A stretch of 51,394 nt of DNA from Candidatus Sedimenticola endophacoides (GCA_003062345.1 PQCO01000184.1:1-51394), one strand, 5' to 3'. Shown: positions 21,681-32,260, numbered from the stretch's first letter. The notes: generated by a model not told the origin, from the sequence alone. Made by a program: numbers and translations.

Positions 21681-22131
21681 CCCAGGGTTCGTTGATAGTC
21701 TCCTTCCTCCGTGGCGGGGCGTGACGGCTTGCTTGGTTGCTCGGCGCCGGGGTCGTTTTATTTCGACCGCATCGATCCTTCCCCACAGTAGACCCGATTT
21801 TTCTTAATCATCCCTTAGGGCGGCTGTCAGGCCGCCCATGGTTAAGCGACTCTTCCGGGATCCGCTTGCCGGGCGTTCATGCCTTGGTCCGGCCGGAGGG
21901 GTTGTCGGGCCAGGGAATAAAAATACTATTTTGCCATGGGTCGGTTCGTCATGTGAACCATTTTCTTATTGTGGGTTTGTGGGGCTGGTGAGGGGGCGGT
22001 GTTGAATGGCGGCCGCAGCAGTCGCGCCATGGGCCATACCTCTCTTCTGACGCCAGAGGCGGCGGCCGTTGGATTGAGTGAGGCGTTGATCCGGGAGCGG
22101 TTTTGGCCCTGGTAACCGTGCGGGTGCGGAC

Positions 22132-22743
22132 TCAGCCCTGTTTGATGGCGCGGGCGACGGTGTAGGTGCGCCCTTGCTTGATCTTCTCGTAGTTGCCGAA
22201 GACCTCGTTGAAGGCCTTCTGCACGAACTTGCGCAAGCCGGTGATGGTGACGACGTAGCAGCGGGCGCCGGGGCGCATGCGCAGCAGCGCGTCATAGAAA
22301 TAGAGGTAGTAGAGCTCTTTGCCGGTCTTTGCCGGCAGGTTGGAGACCACCAGGTCGAATTCACGCTCCCCGACCTGATCGAAGCCGTTGCTGAGGAAGA
22401 TGTCGACGTTGTGGATGCCGTTGAGCCGGGCGTTGTGGCGGCTGTAGTCGACGGCAACGAAGTCCTTGTCCACCAGTACGCTGGTGCCCTCCGGGGCGAG
22501 TCTGGCCAGGGTCAGGCCGAGGGGGCCGTAGCCGCAGCCCAGGTCGATGGTGTCGTCGTTTGGTCTCACCTCCAGGTGGTCGAGCAGCAGCCGGCTGCCC
22601 TCGTCCAGCCCCCTGGGCGAGAACAGGCCCCAGGTGGTGTGGTAGGTGAGGGTGTGGCCGCGCGCCTCGGCGCTGAATACCGTGTCCGCCCGGGTCCGTT
22701 CCAGCCAGGCGGCGGTCGCCTTGTCGATACAGGATCTGTCCAT
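22132..22743 (-). CDS. Class I SAM-dependent methyltransferase (RsmC/MTS-like small domain)
   Basis: GLFSPRGLDEGSRLL, DLGCGYG, VVSNLPA; ATG overlaps the moeB stop. Confidence 0.88.
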   Translation of the reverse strand: MDRSCIDKATAAWLERTRADTVFSAEARGHTLTYHTTWGLFSPRGLDEGSRLLLDHLEVRPNDDTIDLGCGYGPLGLTLARLAPEGTSVLVDKDFVAVDYSRHNARLNGIHNVDIFLSNGFDQVGEREFDLVVSNLPAKTGKELYYLYFYDALLRMRPGARCYVVTITGLRKFVQKAFNEVFGNYEKIKQGRTYTVARAIKQG

Positions 22744-23492
22744 CACGCCTCCCGGGAGCCGCATACCGGGCAGTCGGGGTCTGCCCGCAGTTTCAGGGTG
22801 CGCCACTGCATCTGCATGGCGTCGAGCAACAACAGCCTGCCGTGGAGGGGGGTGCCGGCGCCGCTGAGCAGCTTCAGCGCCTCGGTGGCCTGGATGCTGC
22901 CGATAATTCCCACCACCGGTGCGAGAACGCCGTTCTCGGAGCAGGTCTCGTCGGCCTCGGCGCCGCTGCCGTAGAGGCAGTGGTAGCAGGGGCCGCCCCG
23001 TTGGCCGCTGAACACGGTGACCTGTCCCTCGGCGCGGATCGCGGCGCCGGAGACCAGTGGGGTGGAGTGGGCGACACAGGCGCGGTTGACCGCGAAGCGG
23101 GTGGTGAAGTTGTCGCTGCAGTCGAGGACCAGGTCGGCCCGTGCCACCTGCCGGGCGAGTGCAGTGTCGTCGAGCGCCTGGTCCAGGCATTCGCAACGGC
23201 ACTCGGGGTTGAGGCGGGCGATGGCCGCCGCCGCCGAGTTCACCTTGGGCTGGCCGATGGCGTCGGTGGTGTGAATGATCTGGCGCTGGAGGTTGCTCAG
23301 CTCCACCCGGTCGTAGTCGGCAAGTATCAGGGTGCCGACCCCGGCGGCGGCCAGATAGATTGCCACCGGTGAGCCGAGCCCGCCCAGTCCGATGATAAGG
23401 ACCCGGGCGTCGAGCAGCGCCTGCTGCCCCTCGATGCCGATGGCGGGGAGCATGATCTGGCGGCTGTAGCGCAGAAGTTGGTCGTCGTTCAT
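22743..23492 (-). CDS. moeB: MoeB/ThiF-family adenylyltransferase
   Basis: RYSRQI, GLGGLG, SNLQRQ, PCYHC and CPVC zinc motifs; start MNDDQ. Confidence 0.9.
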   Translation of the reverse strand: MNDDQLLRYSRQIMLPAIGIEGQQALLDARVLIIGLGGLGSPVAIYLAAAGVGTLILADYDRVELSNLQRQIIHTTDAIGQPKVNSAAAAIARLNPECRCECLDQALDDTALARQVARADLVLDCSDNFTTRFAVNRACVAHSTPLVSGAAIRAEGQVTVFSGQRGGPCYHCLYGSGAEADETCSENGVLAPVVGIIGSIQATEALKLLSGAGTPLHGRLLLLDAMQMQWRTLKLRADPDCPVCGSREA

Positions 23493-23542
23493 AGGGTCCG
23501 ATGGGTGTGTCCGGTTGGGCGTGTATGGTAGCGCAGGGCGGG

Positions 23543-24379
23543 TCAGGGCAGGAAGCCCTCGCTGATGCGCGGGCGCTGTTCGAGGTCGTTGTGGGTGGCG
23601 CAGTGGGTGAAGCCGTTTTGGGCGAGGATGGCGCGTGCCGCGGCTCCCTGGTCGGGGCCGTGTTCCAGGATCAGGCCGCCCGCGCTGCGCAGGTGGGTTC
23701 CCGCCTGGGCGGCGATGCGCCGGATGTCGGCCAGACCATCGGCTCCGGAGACGAGGGCCTGGCGCGGTTCCCAGGGCAGGCCGCCCCGCATCAGGTGGGG
23801 GTCCGTGTCGCGAATGTAGGGGGGGTTGCTCACGATCAGGTCGAATCGGATGGCGGCCGGCAGCGCCGAGCACCAGGAGCCCTTCCGGAAGACCAGGTTG
23901 TCGAGACCGAGGCGCCGGGCGTTGTCGCGGGCGACCTCCAGTGCCGCCTTTGAGCGGTCGCAGGCGTAGAGCCGGGCCAGGGGGCGCTCGCTGGCGATGG
24001 CCAGGGCAATGGCGCCGCAGCCGGTGCCAAGATCGGCGATGTTCCAGGGGGCATCGGCGGGGATCAGCTCCAGGGCCCGTTCAACCAGTGTCTCGGTGTC
24101 GGGGCGGGGGATCAGGGTGTCGGGGCTGACCCGCAGCGGGAGCGACCAGAACTCCCGCTCGCCGGTGAGGTAGGCGAGCGGCTCCCCCGCCTGGCGGCGC
24201 GCCAGCAGCCCTTCGAAGTGCGTCTGTTGCCGGGTGTCGAGGGTGCTCTCGGGCCAGGCGATCAGGTGGGTGCGGGGTTTGTCCAGCACCAGGCAGAGCA
24301 GTACCTCGGCCTCCAGTCTGGGGTGGTCGCTGTCGCGCAGCCGTGCGCCGGCCAGACGCAGCGCCTCGGCCAGGGTCAT
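23543..24379 (-). CDS. prmC: Release factor glutamine methyltransferase
   Basis: [20 protein letters not shown]; follows prfA. Confidence 0.96.
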   Translation of the reverse strand: MTLAEALRLAGARLRDSDHPRLEAEVLLCLVLDKPRTHLIAWPESTLDTRQQTHFEGLLARRQAGEPLAYLTGEREFWSLPLRVSPDTLIPRPDTETLVERALELIPADAPWNIADLGTGCGAIALAIASERPLARLYACDRSKAALEVARDNARRLGLDNLVFRKGSWCSALPAAIRFDLIVSNPPYIRDTDPHLMRGGLPWEPRQALVSGADGLADIRRIAAQAGTHLRSAGGLILEHGPDQGAAARAILAQNGFTHCATHNDLEQRPRISEGFLP

Positions 24380-25464
24380 CGACGCTCGCTGGCCGCCAGT
24401 GCCGCCAGCTGTTCCACCTGGTATTCGTGGGTCAGTGGGTCGATGATCTGCTCCAGCGCCCCTTCCAGTACCTCGTCGAGCTTGTAGACGGTGAGGTTGA
24501 TGCGGTGGTCGGTGATGCGGTTCTGGGGGTAGTTGTAGGTGCGGATGCGCTCCGAGCGGTCACCACTGCCGACCTGGAGTCTGCGGTCCTCGGCCTGGGC
24601 GCTGGCCTGCTCGCGCTGGGCGCCGGCGAGGAGCCGGGCCGAGAGCAGGGAGAGGGCGCGGGCCTTGTTCTTGTGCTGGGAGCGTTCATCCTGGCACTCG
24701 ACCACGATGCCGGAGGGCAGGTGGGTAATGCGCACCGCCGAGTCGGTCTTGTTGACGTGCTGGCCGCCGGCTCCGGAGGAGCGGTAGGTGTCGATGCGCA
24801 GATCGTTGGGGTTGATCTCGACGGCGTCGATCTCTTCCGCCTCGGGCAGGATCGCCACGGTGCAGGCGGAGGTGTGGATCCGCCCCTGGGATTCGGTCTC
24901 GGGTACCCGCTGTACGCGATGGGTGCCCGATTCAAATTTCAGGCGGGAGTAGACATTGCTGCCGCTGATCCGGCATACCACCTCTTTGTAGCCGCCCTGT
25001 TCGCCGTGGCTCTCGCTGATGATCTCGCTGTTCCAGCCCACGCCTTCGGCGTAGCGGCTGTACATGCGCAACAGGTCCCCGGCGAACAGCGCCGCCTCGG
25101 CGCCACCGGTGCCGGCGCGCACCTCCAGGAAGATGTTGCGCTGGTCGTTGGGGTCGGCCGGAATCAGCAGCAGTTGCAGTTGTGGTTCGAGCTGTCCGCG
25201 CAGCGTCTCGGCCCGGTCCAGCTCCTCGCGGGCGAGGTCGGCCATCTCGGGGTCATCGAGCATTTCACGGGCCCCGTCGATCGCCTCCTCCAGGGTGCGG
25301 TAGCGGTTGTAGCAGCCGACCACCGGCTCGATCTGGGCGTATTCGCGGCCGAGGGCGCGGAATTGGCTCTGATCGCCCTGGACCTCCGGGTCGGCGAGCA
25401 GTGCGGTGATCTCTTCGAAGCGTTCGGTGATCTGTTCGAGTTTGCTGCGGATGGATGCCTTCAT
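24376..25464 (-). CDS. prfA: Peptide chain release factor 1
   Basis: PET specificity motif, GAGGQHVN. Confidence 0.98.
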   Translation of the reverse strand: MKASIRSKLEQITERFEEITALLADPEVQGDQSQFRALGREYAQIEPVVGCYNRYRTLEEAIDGAREMLDDPEMADLAREELDRAETLRGQLEPQLQLLLIPADPNDQRNIFLEVRAGTGGAEAALFAGDLLRMYSRYAEGVGWNSEIISESHGEQGGYKEVVCRISGSNVYSRLKFESGTHRVQRVPETESQGRIHTSACTVAILPEAEEIDAVEINPNDLRIDTYRSSGAGGQHVNKTDSAVRITHLPSGIVVECQDERSQHKNKARALSLLSARLLAGAQREQASAQAEDRRLQVGSGDRSERIRTYNYPQNRITDHRINLTVYKLDEVLEGALEQIIDPLTHEYQVEQLAALAASERR

Positions 25465-26729
25465 TAGCGGCTGCGCAGATCCTTGATCTGGAACAGGGTA
25501 TTGGCCGCCTTGAGCAGTTCGAACTCGCCCTCGTGCCCCGCCTGGCGGATCTGGGCGCTGGGGGTATGCAGCAGCTTGTTGGTAAGGGTGTTGGCGAGAA
25601 ACCGCAGCGCCTCTTCCGGGGCGCGTCCCTTGCTCAGCTCCTTGAGGGCGCGGGCCAGTGTTTCGTCGCGCATGCGCTCGGCCTGGCGGCGATAGTCCTG
25701 GATCATGCCTATGGCGTCCAGCGAGCGCAGCCAGCCCATGAACTCCTCGGTGTGGAAGTCGATGATCTCCTGGGCCTGCTCGGCCGCTTCCTGGCGTGAA
25801 CGCAGGTTTTCGTCAATTACCTCCTGCAGGTCGTCAACCGTGTAGAGGTAGACATCGTTGAGCTTGCCGACCTCGCTCTCGATGTCACGGGGAACGGCGA
25901 TATCGACCATGAACATCGGCTGGTGGCGGCGTTTGTGCAGGGCGCTTTCGACGGTGCCCTTGCCGAGAATCGGCAGGGGGCTGGCGGTGGAGGAGATAAC
26001 GATGTCGGCCTCCGGAAGATGGGTAGGTATCTCGGTCAGGGCGATGGCGTAGCCGTCGAACTGGTTGGCCAGGTTATGGGCCTTCTCCAGGGTGCGGTTG
26101 GCGACGATGATACGGCTGATGCCGTGCTGGTGCAGGTGCCGGGCCGCCAGTTCGATGGTTTCACCGGCGCCGATCAGCAAAGCGGTCTGCTGGTGCAGGT
26201 CACTGAAGATCTGACGCGCCAGGCTGACGGCGGCGAAGGCGACCGAGACCGGGCTGTGGCCGATCGTGGTGTCGGTGCGCACCTGCTTGGCGACCGAGAA
26301 GGTGTGCTGGAACAGTTTGCACAGCAGCTTGCTGGTGGTTGAGGCGTCGCAGGCGGTTTGGAATGCCTGCTTGACCTGGCCGAGAATCTGCGGTTCGCCC
26401 AGGACCAGAGAGTCGAGCCCGCTTGCCACGCGCAGCAGATGACGGACGCTCTCGCGTCCGCTGTGGAAGTAGAGGTAGGGGGCGAGGGTCTCGGTCTCGA
26501 TGCCGTGGAAGTCACTGATCCAGGCACACAGCTCTTCGCGCCCCCCGCGTTCCATGTTGCAGTAGATCTCGGTGCGGTTGCAGGTGGAGAGGATCACCCC
26601 CTCGCTCACCTCCGGGCGCTCGGAGAGACTGCGCAGGGCGCCGACGATAATGTCGGGGCCGAAGGTGATCCGTTCCCGGATGTCGACGGGTGCGGTTTTG
26701 TGGTTGAGCCCCAGGGTCAGTATGGTCAT
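25464..26729 (-). CDS. hemA: Glutamyl-tRNA reductase
   Basis: [35 protein letters not shown]. Confidence 0.98.
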   Translation of the reverse strand: MTILTLGLNHKTAPVDIRERITFGPDIIVGALRSLSERPEVSEGVILSTCNRTEIYCNMERGGREELCAWISDFHGIETETLAPYLYFHSGRESVRHLLRVASGLDSLVLGEPQILGQVKQAFQTACDASTTSKLLCKLFQHTFSVAKQVRTDTTIGHSPVSVAFAAVSLARQIFSDLHQQTALLIGAGETIELAARHLHQHGISRIIVANRTLEKAHNLANQFDGYAIALTEIPTHLPEADIVISSTASPLPILGKGTVESALHKRRHQPMFMVDIAVPRDIESEVGKLNDVYLYTVDDLQEVIDENLRSRQEAAEQAQEIIDFHTEEFMGWLRSLDAIGMIQDYRRQAERMRDETLARALKELSKGRAPEEALRFLANTLTNKLLHTPSAQIRQAGHEGEFELLKAANTLFQIKDLRSR

Positions 26730-26921
26730 GTCGGTGGTCAGTGGGTCACGGATTTGAAATTTTGTATTATCAAATGGTTAAATTCAAGCCGTCTGTGCGA
26801 ATTCCCACCGGTCCTGCCCCGTCGGGCCGATTCCCGGTGCCGGCCGTGGTCTGGAGTCGGCAAACCCTATATCATGCGGTGCCATGGTGAATATCTTGCG
26901 GGGATCTCTCTAAGGATGCGT

Positions 26922-28661
26922 ATGCGGCTGCTCAATCCTCTCCTTCCAATGCTCTGCGTGGCGTTGCTCGCCGGGTGCGCCAGTACCCGGGGGCCGGTTC
27001 CCGCCCAGGATGAGGCCCGGGAGGCCGAGACGACACCCGCCCCCCCCTTCGCGGAGCCCGCGCCCCGGGCGGAAGCGCTCGACGCCGAGATCGTCTACAA
27101 CGCATTGGTCGGTGAGATTGCCATTCAGCGCGGCGAGCTGATGGTGGGTTATGAGCACCAGATCCTGGTGGCGGAGGCGGCGGGGGATCCCCGGGCCGCT
27201 GAGCGTGCCGCGCGCCTGGCCCTGCTGATGAAGGAGCCGGCCCTGGCCCGGGAGGCGGTGGAGCAGTGGGTGGCCCTGGCCCCCAATGATCTGGCCGCGC
27301 GCCAGTTGGCGGCGATGCTGGCGCAACGTGAGGGTGCGGAGGATGTGGCCCTGGAGCACCTGGAGGCGATCGTCCGGATTGGCGAGGCGGCTGGCGAGGA
27401 CGGCTTTCTGCACGCCATGTCGGCGCTGAGGCGTGAACACGGTGCCGATGACGGGGCGCTTTCGCTGATGCGCCGCCTGATGGAACGCCACCCGGAGGAT
27501 CCGCGGGCCGGTTATGCCCTGGCACTGGGCGCGATGATCGGTAAGGACTACCCCCTGGCCCTGGAGTATGCCCACGCACTGGTGGCGAGGCACCCCGGCT
27601 GGGTACGGGGGCGCCTGCTGGTGAGTCGTATTCATGTGGCGCGGGAGGAGAAGGCGGAGGCGACCGAGTTCCTGCGCCGCTCGGTCGATCAGTATCCCGA
27701 CCAGCCGCTGCTGCGCACCGCCTACGCGCGCCTGCTGCTGGACGCCCGGCGTACCCGGGATGCCTACGCCCAGTTCCTGCGCCTGCGTGAACTTACCCCC
27801 GGAGAGGCGGATGTGCACTTCAGCTTGGGCATGATCGCCCTGGAGCTGGAGCGCCAGGCCGATGCCGAGGAGCATCTGCTGGCCATGCGGGAGCTGGATG
27901 ACGGGTCGGAAAAATCCGCCTATTACCTGGGACGTGTGGCGGAACTGCGCGACATGCCGCAGGAGGCGATCGGCTGGTACCGTAAGGTCAGGCAGGGGGG
28001 GTTGGTCTACGAGGCGCAGACCCGCAGCGCCTGGCTGATGGCCCGCCAGGGGGAGCTGGCCGTGGCCCGCGACTGGCTGCAGGGACTGCGTATCCGTGTG
28101 CCGAAACGTTCGGTCGAACTCTACCTGCTGGAGGCGGAGATGCTCAAGGAGCATGGGAGCGAGGGTGAGGTGATGGTACTGTTCGAGCGGGCGCTGCTGG
28201 CCCACGAGGCGGAGCCGGACCTGCTTTACGCCCGCGCCCTCTACGCCATCGGTCAAGGGCATCTGCAGGTGCTCGAAGAGGATCTGCGGCGGGTGCTCGC
28301 CGATGACCCGCAAAACGCCGACGCCCTCAACGCCCTTGGGTATACCCTGGCCGATCAGACCGACCGCTACCAGGAGGCACTGGAGCTGATTACGCGCGCC
28401 CTGGAGCTGAAGCCGGATTCGGCGGCGGTCCTCGACAGCATGGGGTGGGTGCAGTACCGCCTGGGTAATCATGCCGAGGCCCTCGATTATCTCCGCAGGG
28501 CGATGGAGATGCTGCCCGACGCGGAGATCGCCGCCCACCTGGGCGAGGTCCTGTGGGTGACGGGCGCCCGGGACGAGGCCCGCCGGGTGTGGGATGGCGC
28601 GTTGGAGCAGGATCCCCAGAGCGTGCATATTCTGGAGACCCGGCAACGACTCGAACCCTGA
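26922..28661 (+). CDS. TPR-repeat lipoprotein (PA4667-like)
   Basis: Lipobox LLAGC; TPR repeats; ALNALGYTLAD, DSMGWVQYRLG, EIAAHLGEVLW; divergent from hemA; ATG 26922 (alternative 26916). Confidence 0.88.
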   Translation: MRLLNPLLPMLCVALLAGCASTRGPVPAQDEAREAETTPAPPFAEPAPRAEALDAEIVYNALVGEIAIQRGELMVGYEHQILVAEAAGDPRAAERAARLALLMKEPALAREAVEQWVALAPNDLAARQLAAMLAQREGAEDVALEHLEAIVRIGEAAGEDGFLHAMSALRREHGADDGALSLMRRLMERHPEDPRAGYALALGAMIGKDYPLALEYAHALVARHPGWVRGRLLVSRIHVAREEKAEATEFLRRSVDQYPDQPLLRTAYARLLLDARRTRDAYAQFLRLRELTPGEADVHFSLGMIALELERQADAEEHLLAMRELDDGSEKSAYYLGRVAELRDMPQEAIGWYRKVRQGGLVYEAQTRSAWLMARQGELAVARDWLQGLRIRVPKRSVELYLLEAEMLKEHGSEGEVMVLFERALLAHEAEPDLLYARALYAIGQGHLQVLEEDLRRVLADDPQNADALNALGYTLADQTDRYQEALELITRALELKPDSAAVLDSMGWVQYRLGNHAEALDYLRRAMEMLPDAEIAAHLGEVLWVTGARDEARRVWDGALEQDPQSVHILETRQRLEP

Positions 28662-28664
28662 GCC

Positions 28665-29534
28665 ATGGAGGAGACGAGGTTTGAGGGGCCCTGGTGGCCC
28701 GCGCCGGCCAAACTCAACCTGATGCTGCGGATTGTCGGGCGGCGCGGGGATGGCTACCACCTGCTGCAGACGGTATTTCAGTTTCTCGATCACGGGGACT
28801 GGCTCGGCTTCGAGCTGCGTGGAGATGGCCGGATCCGACGTCGGGGCGAACTGCCCGGGGTGGCGGAGGAGGATGATCTGGTGGTGCGCGCCGCCCGGCT
28901 GTTGCGGGAGGCGGCGGGAGGGGAGAGGTCCGGGCTGCCGGGAGTTGATATCCATCTGCGCAAGTGCCTGCCCATGGGGGGCGGTCTCGGTGGTGGCAGC
29001 TCCGATGCCGCCACCGCACTGCTGGTGCTGGACCGGATATGGGGCCTGAGGTTCGGGCGGCCACGGCTGGCCGAGCTGGGGCTTGCACTGGGGGCCGATG
29101 TGCCGGTGTTCGTGCATGGATTCGCCGCCTGGGCCGAAGGGGTGGGGGAGCTCCTTACCCCGGTCGAGCCGCCCCAGTCGTGGTATCTGGTGCTGGTGCC
29201 GCCGTGCCAGGTGGCGACCGCGGAGATTTTTCGTGACCCCGATTTGACACGGGACTCTCCCCGCATCAAAATACGCGACTTTCTCGCTGGCAGCGAGGTA
29301 AATGACTGTGTTGCGGTGGTTTCCCGCCGTTATCCAGAGGTCGAGCGGGCCATGGCGTGGCTGGCCGGGCATGCCCGGCCACGGCTGACCGGAACCGGGG
29401 GCTGCGTCTTCGCGTGCTTCGAGCGCGAGGCGGATGCCAGGCGGGTGCATGCGCTGGTGCCGGAGGCGTACCGGTCCTTCGTGGCGCGGGGGCTCAATCG
29501 CTCACCGCTGCTGACCGCGCTGCAGGCCGAATGA
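28665..29534 (+). CDS. ispE: 4-diphosphocytidyl-2-C-methyl-D-erythritol kinase
   Basis: PAPAKLNL, PMGGGLGGGSSDAA, LGADVP, LTGTGGC. Confidence 0.97.
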   Translation: MEETRFEGPWWPAPAKLNLMLRIVGRRGDGYHLLQTVFQFLDHGDWLGFELRGDGRIRRRGELPGVAEEDDLVVRAARLLREAAGGERSGLPGVDIHLRKCLPMGGGLGGGSSDAATALLVLDRIWGLRFGRPRLAELGLALGADVPVFVHGFAAWAEGVGELLTPVEPPQSWYLVLVPPCQVATAEIFRDPDLTRDSPRIKIRDFLAGSEVNDCVAVVSRRYPEVERAMAWLAGHARPRLTGTGGCVFACFEREADARRVHALVPEAYRSFVARGLNRSPLLTALQAE

Positions 29535-29539
29535 TCAAA

Positions 29540-29614
29540 TGGGGCGTCGCCAAGCGGTAAGGCACTGGGTTTTGATCCCAGCATTCGTAGGTTCGAATCC
29601 TGCCGCCCCAGCCA
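29540..29614 (+). tRNA. tRNA-Gln(TTG)
   Basis: Cloverleaf; anticodon arm CTGGG-TTTTGAT-CCCAG; GGTTCGAATCC; CCA end. Confidence 0.97.
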
Positions 29615-29830
29615 TACAACCGGGCGTATGCCGGGAAGCCTTATGGGTAGGCGATGGGCGGAGCGTGCGGCAGGATGAGAACCGTAGGTTCGACGCCACC
29701 GCGTAGGCGGTGGCGAACAGTGTCGCGTAGCGACACTGGCCCCGGAGGGGCGAGTCGGCGCAGCCGACGAGTAACCCTGCCGCCCCAGCCATACAACCGG
29801 GCGTATGCCGGGAAGCCTTATGGGTAGGCG
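29599..29830 (+). repeat. tRNA-Gln-linked repeat unit (55-bp direct repeats, period 177)
   Basis: 29599-29653 equals 29776-29830 and includes the tRNA 3' end; structured core lies between. Confidence 0.9.
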
Positions 29831-29887
29831 GCGGTGACGGGTGAACGCAGCGTGGCAATCGGGTCACAGAAAACAGAGGGGTTTACT

Positions 29888-30841
29888 GTGCCAACGAGCG
29901 GCATGATGGTATTCGCGGGTAATGCCAATCCGGAGCTGGTGGCGGAGATCACCGGGCGGCTGAGTATTCGCCTGGGTAAGGCGGTGGTCGGGCAGTTCAG
30001 CGATGGCGAGGTGATGGCCGAGGTCCAGGAGAGTGTACGTGGGCGCGACGTGTATGTCGTGCAATCCACCTCCCAGCCGACCAACGACCACCTGATGGAA
30101 CTGCTGGTGCTGATCGACGCCCTGCGGCTTTCGTCGGCGAAGCGGATCGTGGCGGTCATCCCCTACTTCGGTTATGCACGCCAGGATCGGCGGCCCCGCT
30201 CCAGCCGGGCACCGATCACCGCGCGGCTGGTGGCCAAGCAACTGGCGGCGGCCGGTGCGGACCAGTTGGTAACGGTCGATCTGCACGCCGATCAAATCGC
30301 GGGATTTTTCGATATCCCGGTAGATAATATCTACGCCCTGCCGACCCTCCTGGCGGATGTCTGGCGGCAGAAGTACAGCGACCTGATCGTGGTCTCCCCC
30401 GATGTCGGAGGCGTGGTGCGGGCGCGGGCACTGGCCAAGCACCTGGATGACGCCGAGCTGGCGATCATCGACAAGCGCCGGCCCCAGGCCAATGTGGCCC
30501 AGGTGATGAATATTATCGGAGATGTCAGGGGCAAGAGTTGCGTCCTGATCGATGACATGGTCGATACCGCCGGCACCCTGTGCAAGGCGGCGGCGGCGCT
30601 CAAGGAGCACGGCGCCAAGCGGGTGGTGGCGTATTGCACCCATCCGGTCCTGTCGGGGCCGGCGGTGAGCAACATCAACCAGTCCGAGCTGGACGAGCTG
30701 GTCGTCTCCAATACCATCTCGCTGCAACCGGATGCCCGGGCCTGCGAGAAGATCCGCCAGATCAGTATCGCCGAACTGGTGGCTGAGACCATGCGCCGCA
30801 TCGCCACCGGCGAATCGGTCAGTTCGCTGTTTATGGACTGA
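29888..30841 (+). CDS. prs: Ribose-phosphate pyrophosphokinase
   Basis: [32 protein letters not shown]; GTG start. Confidence 0.97.
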   Translation: MPTSGMMVFAGNANPELVAEITGRLSIRLGKAVVGQFSDGEVMAEVQESVRGRDVYVVQSTSQPTNDHLMELLVLIDALRLSSAKRIVAVIPYFGYARQDRRPRSSRAPITARLVAKQLAAAGADQLVTVDLHADQIAGFFDIPVDNIYALPTLLADVWRQKYSDLIVVSPDVGGVVRARALAKHLDDAELAIIDKRRPQANVAQVMNIIGDVRGKSCVLIDDMVDTAGTLCKAAAALKEHGAKRVVAYCTHPVLSGPAVSNINQSELDELVVSNTISLQPDARACEKIRQISIAELVAETMRRIATGESVSSLFMD

Positions 30842-30868
30842 GGCGTCCGGGCGGAAAAAGTTCTGTAC

Positions 30869-30907
30869 GCCGCCAATACCCAGGTCGCGGGGTGTTGGCG
30901 GCTTTTT
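30869..30907 (+). promoter_or_regulatory. rplY leader hairpin / terminator-like structure
   Basis: GCCGCCAATACCC-AGGTCGCG-GGGTGTTGGCGGC followed by T5; GGTCGC loop recalls gammaproteobacterial rplY leaders. Confidence 0.55.
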
Positions 30908-30931
30908 AAACCCAGTGATTTGGAGAAAATC

Positions 30932-31567
30932 ATGAAAGAGCTGTTTGAAATTGAAGCGCGTTCGCGCGGCGATATGGGGAAAGGTGCGAGCCGCCGCCTA
31001 CGCCGCACCGGCCAGGTGCCGGGTATCGTCTATGGGGCTCATAAGGAGCCTGCGATGATCTCGTTGACGCACAGCGAGATGCTGCTGCACCTGGAGCACG
31101 AGTCTTTTTATTCCCATGTTTTGAATCTGAAGGTCGACGGCAAGGGTGAGCAGGTGATCCTCAAGGATCTGCAGCGCCATCCGGCCAAGCCGTTTATCAT
31201 GCATGTCGATTTTCAGCGTGTCAGCGCCAAGGAGAAGATCCGGCTCAATGTGCCTCTGCATTTTGCCAATGAAGAGAACGCTCCCGGCGTCAAGATGGGT
31301 GGCGTGGTCTCCCATCACCTGACCGACATCGAAGTGAGCTGTCTGCCTGCTGATCTGCCCGAGTTCGTTGAAGTTGATGTGGGCGCCATGGAGATGGGTG
31401 ACATCATCCTGATGTCCGGCATCAAACTGCCCAAGGGGGTGGAGCTCCCGGCCCTGGCTGCCGAGGATGCCAACGACGAACCGGTGGTCTCCGTTCACGG
31501 CGCCGGTGGTGGTGACGCTGATGAGGATGGCGAGGAAGCGGGCGAGGCGGAAGACGCTGCGGAATAG
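30932..31567 (+). CDS. rplY: 50S ribosomal protein L25 (Ctc long form)
   Basis: GKGASRRLRR, QRHPAK, HVDFQR; acidic tail. Confidence 0.96.
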   Translation: MKELFEIEARSRGDMGKGASRRLRRTGQVPGIVYGAHKEPAMISLTHSEMLLHLEHESFYSHVLNLKVDGKGEQVILKDLQRHPAKPFIMHVDFQRVSAKEKIRLNVPLHFANEENAPGVKMGGVVSHHLTDIEVSCLPADLPEFVEVDVGAMEMGDIILMSGIKLPKGVELPALAAEDANDEPVVSVHGAGGGDADEDGEEAGEAEDAAE

Positions 31568-31584
31568 TCCCATCCCGAGAGCGG

Positions 31585-31626
31585 GCCGGGGTGGCGGAAT
31601 GGGTACCGCCCCTCCGGCTTTTTTTT
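31585..31626 (+). terminator. Intrinsic terminator after rplY
   Basis: GC-rich imperfect stem GCCGGGGTGGCGG...CCGCCCCTCCGGC followed by T8. Confidence 0.7.
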
Positions 31627-31666
31627 GGGAGAATGCCCGGTTTCATGGAGAAAAGGTCGATTTGCC

Positions 31667-32260
31667 ATGAGTGGGAAGGATCAACAGCCGATTCGTCTGA
31701 TCGTTGGGCTGGGCAATCCGGGCGCAGCCTATGCGGAGACCCGGCACAACGCCGGTTTCTGGCTTGTTGAGCGGGTCGCGCAGCGACATGGCGGAGTATT
31801 CAAGGCGGAGGGGCGTTTCCATGGCGATACCTGTAGGCTGCGCGTCGCCGGACAGGAGTTGTGGCTGCTCAAGCCCTCCACCTACATGAACCGCAGCGGG
31901 CAGTCGGTGTCGAGCCTGGCGAAGTATTTCAAGATCCCCCAGGAGGCGTTGCTGGTGGTGCACGACGAACTGGATCTGGCGCCGGGTGTGGTGAAGCTGA
32001 AACAGGGCGGGGGGCATGCCGGGCACAACGGCCTGCGCGATATCATCAGCGCTCTGGGGGGAAGGGACTTCTGGCGCCTGCGCATCGGCATCGATCATCC
32101 GGGAAATGCCAGGGAGGTGGTCGATTATGTCCTCGGGCGGCCCTCCAGGGAGGAGGTCGAAGCGATCCACGGCGGGATCGAGCGTGTCGAAGCGCTGATG
32201 GCGCGGATCGTCACCGGCGAGGTGCAGCAGGTGATGAACCAGTTGCATGGCTCGCGCTGA
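31667..32260 (+). CDS. pth: Peptidyl-tRNA hydrolase
   Basis: LIVGLGNPG, TRHNAG, YMNRSG, HDELD, GHNGL. Confidence 0.97.
   Translation: MSGKDQQPIRLIVGLGNPGAAYAETRHNAGFWLVERVAQRHGGVFKAEGRFHGDTCRLRVAGQELWLLKPSTYMNRSGQSVSSLAKYFKIPQEALLVVHDELDLAPGVVKLKQGGGHAGHNGLRDIISALGGRDFWRLRIGIDHPGNAREVVDYVLGRPSREEVEAIHGGIERVEALMARIVTGEVQQVMNQLHGSR

Noticed and set aside
26910-29450. Long antisense ORFs (also 579-2087, 35362-37059, 38145-39824, 42686-45232, 45260-46933)
   Set aside because: Shadow ORFs opposite well-supported genes, expected from high-GC codon bias; no recognisable motifs.
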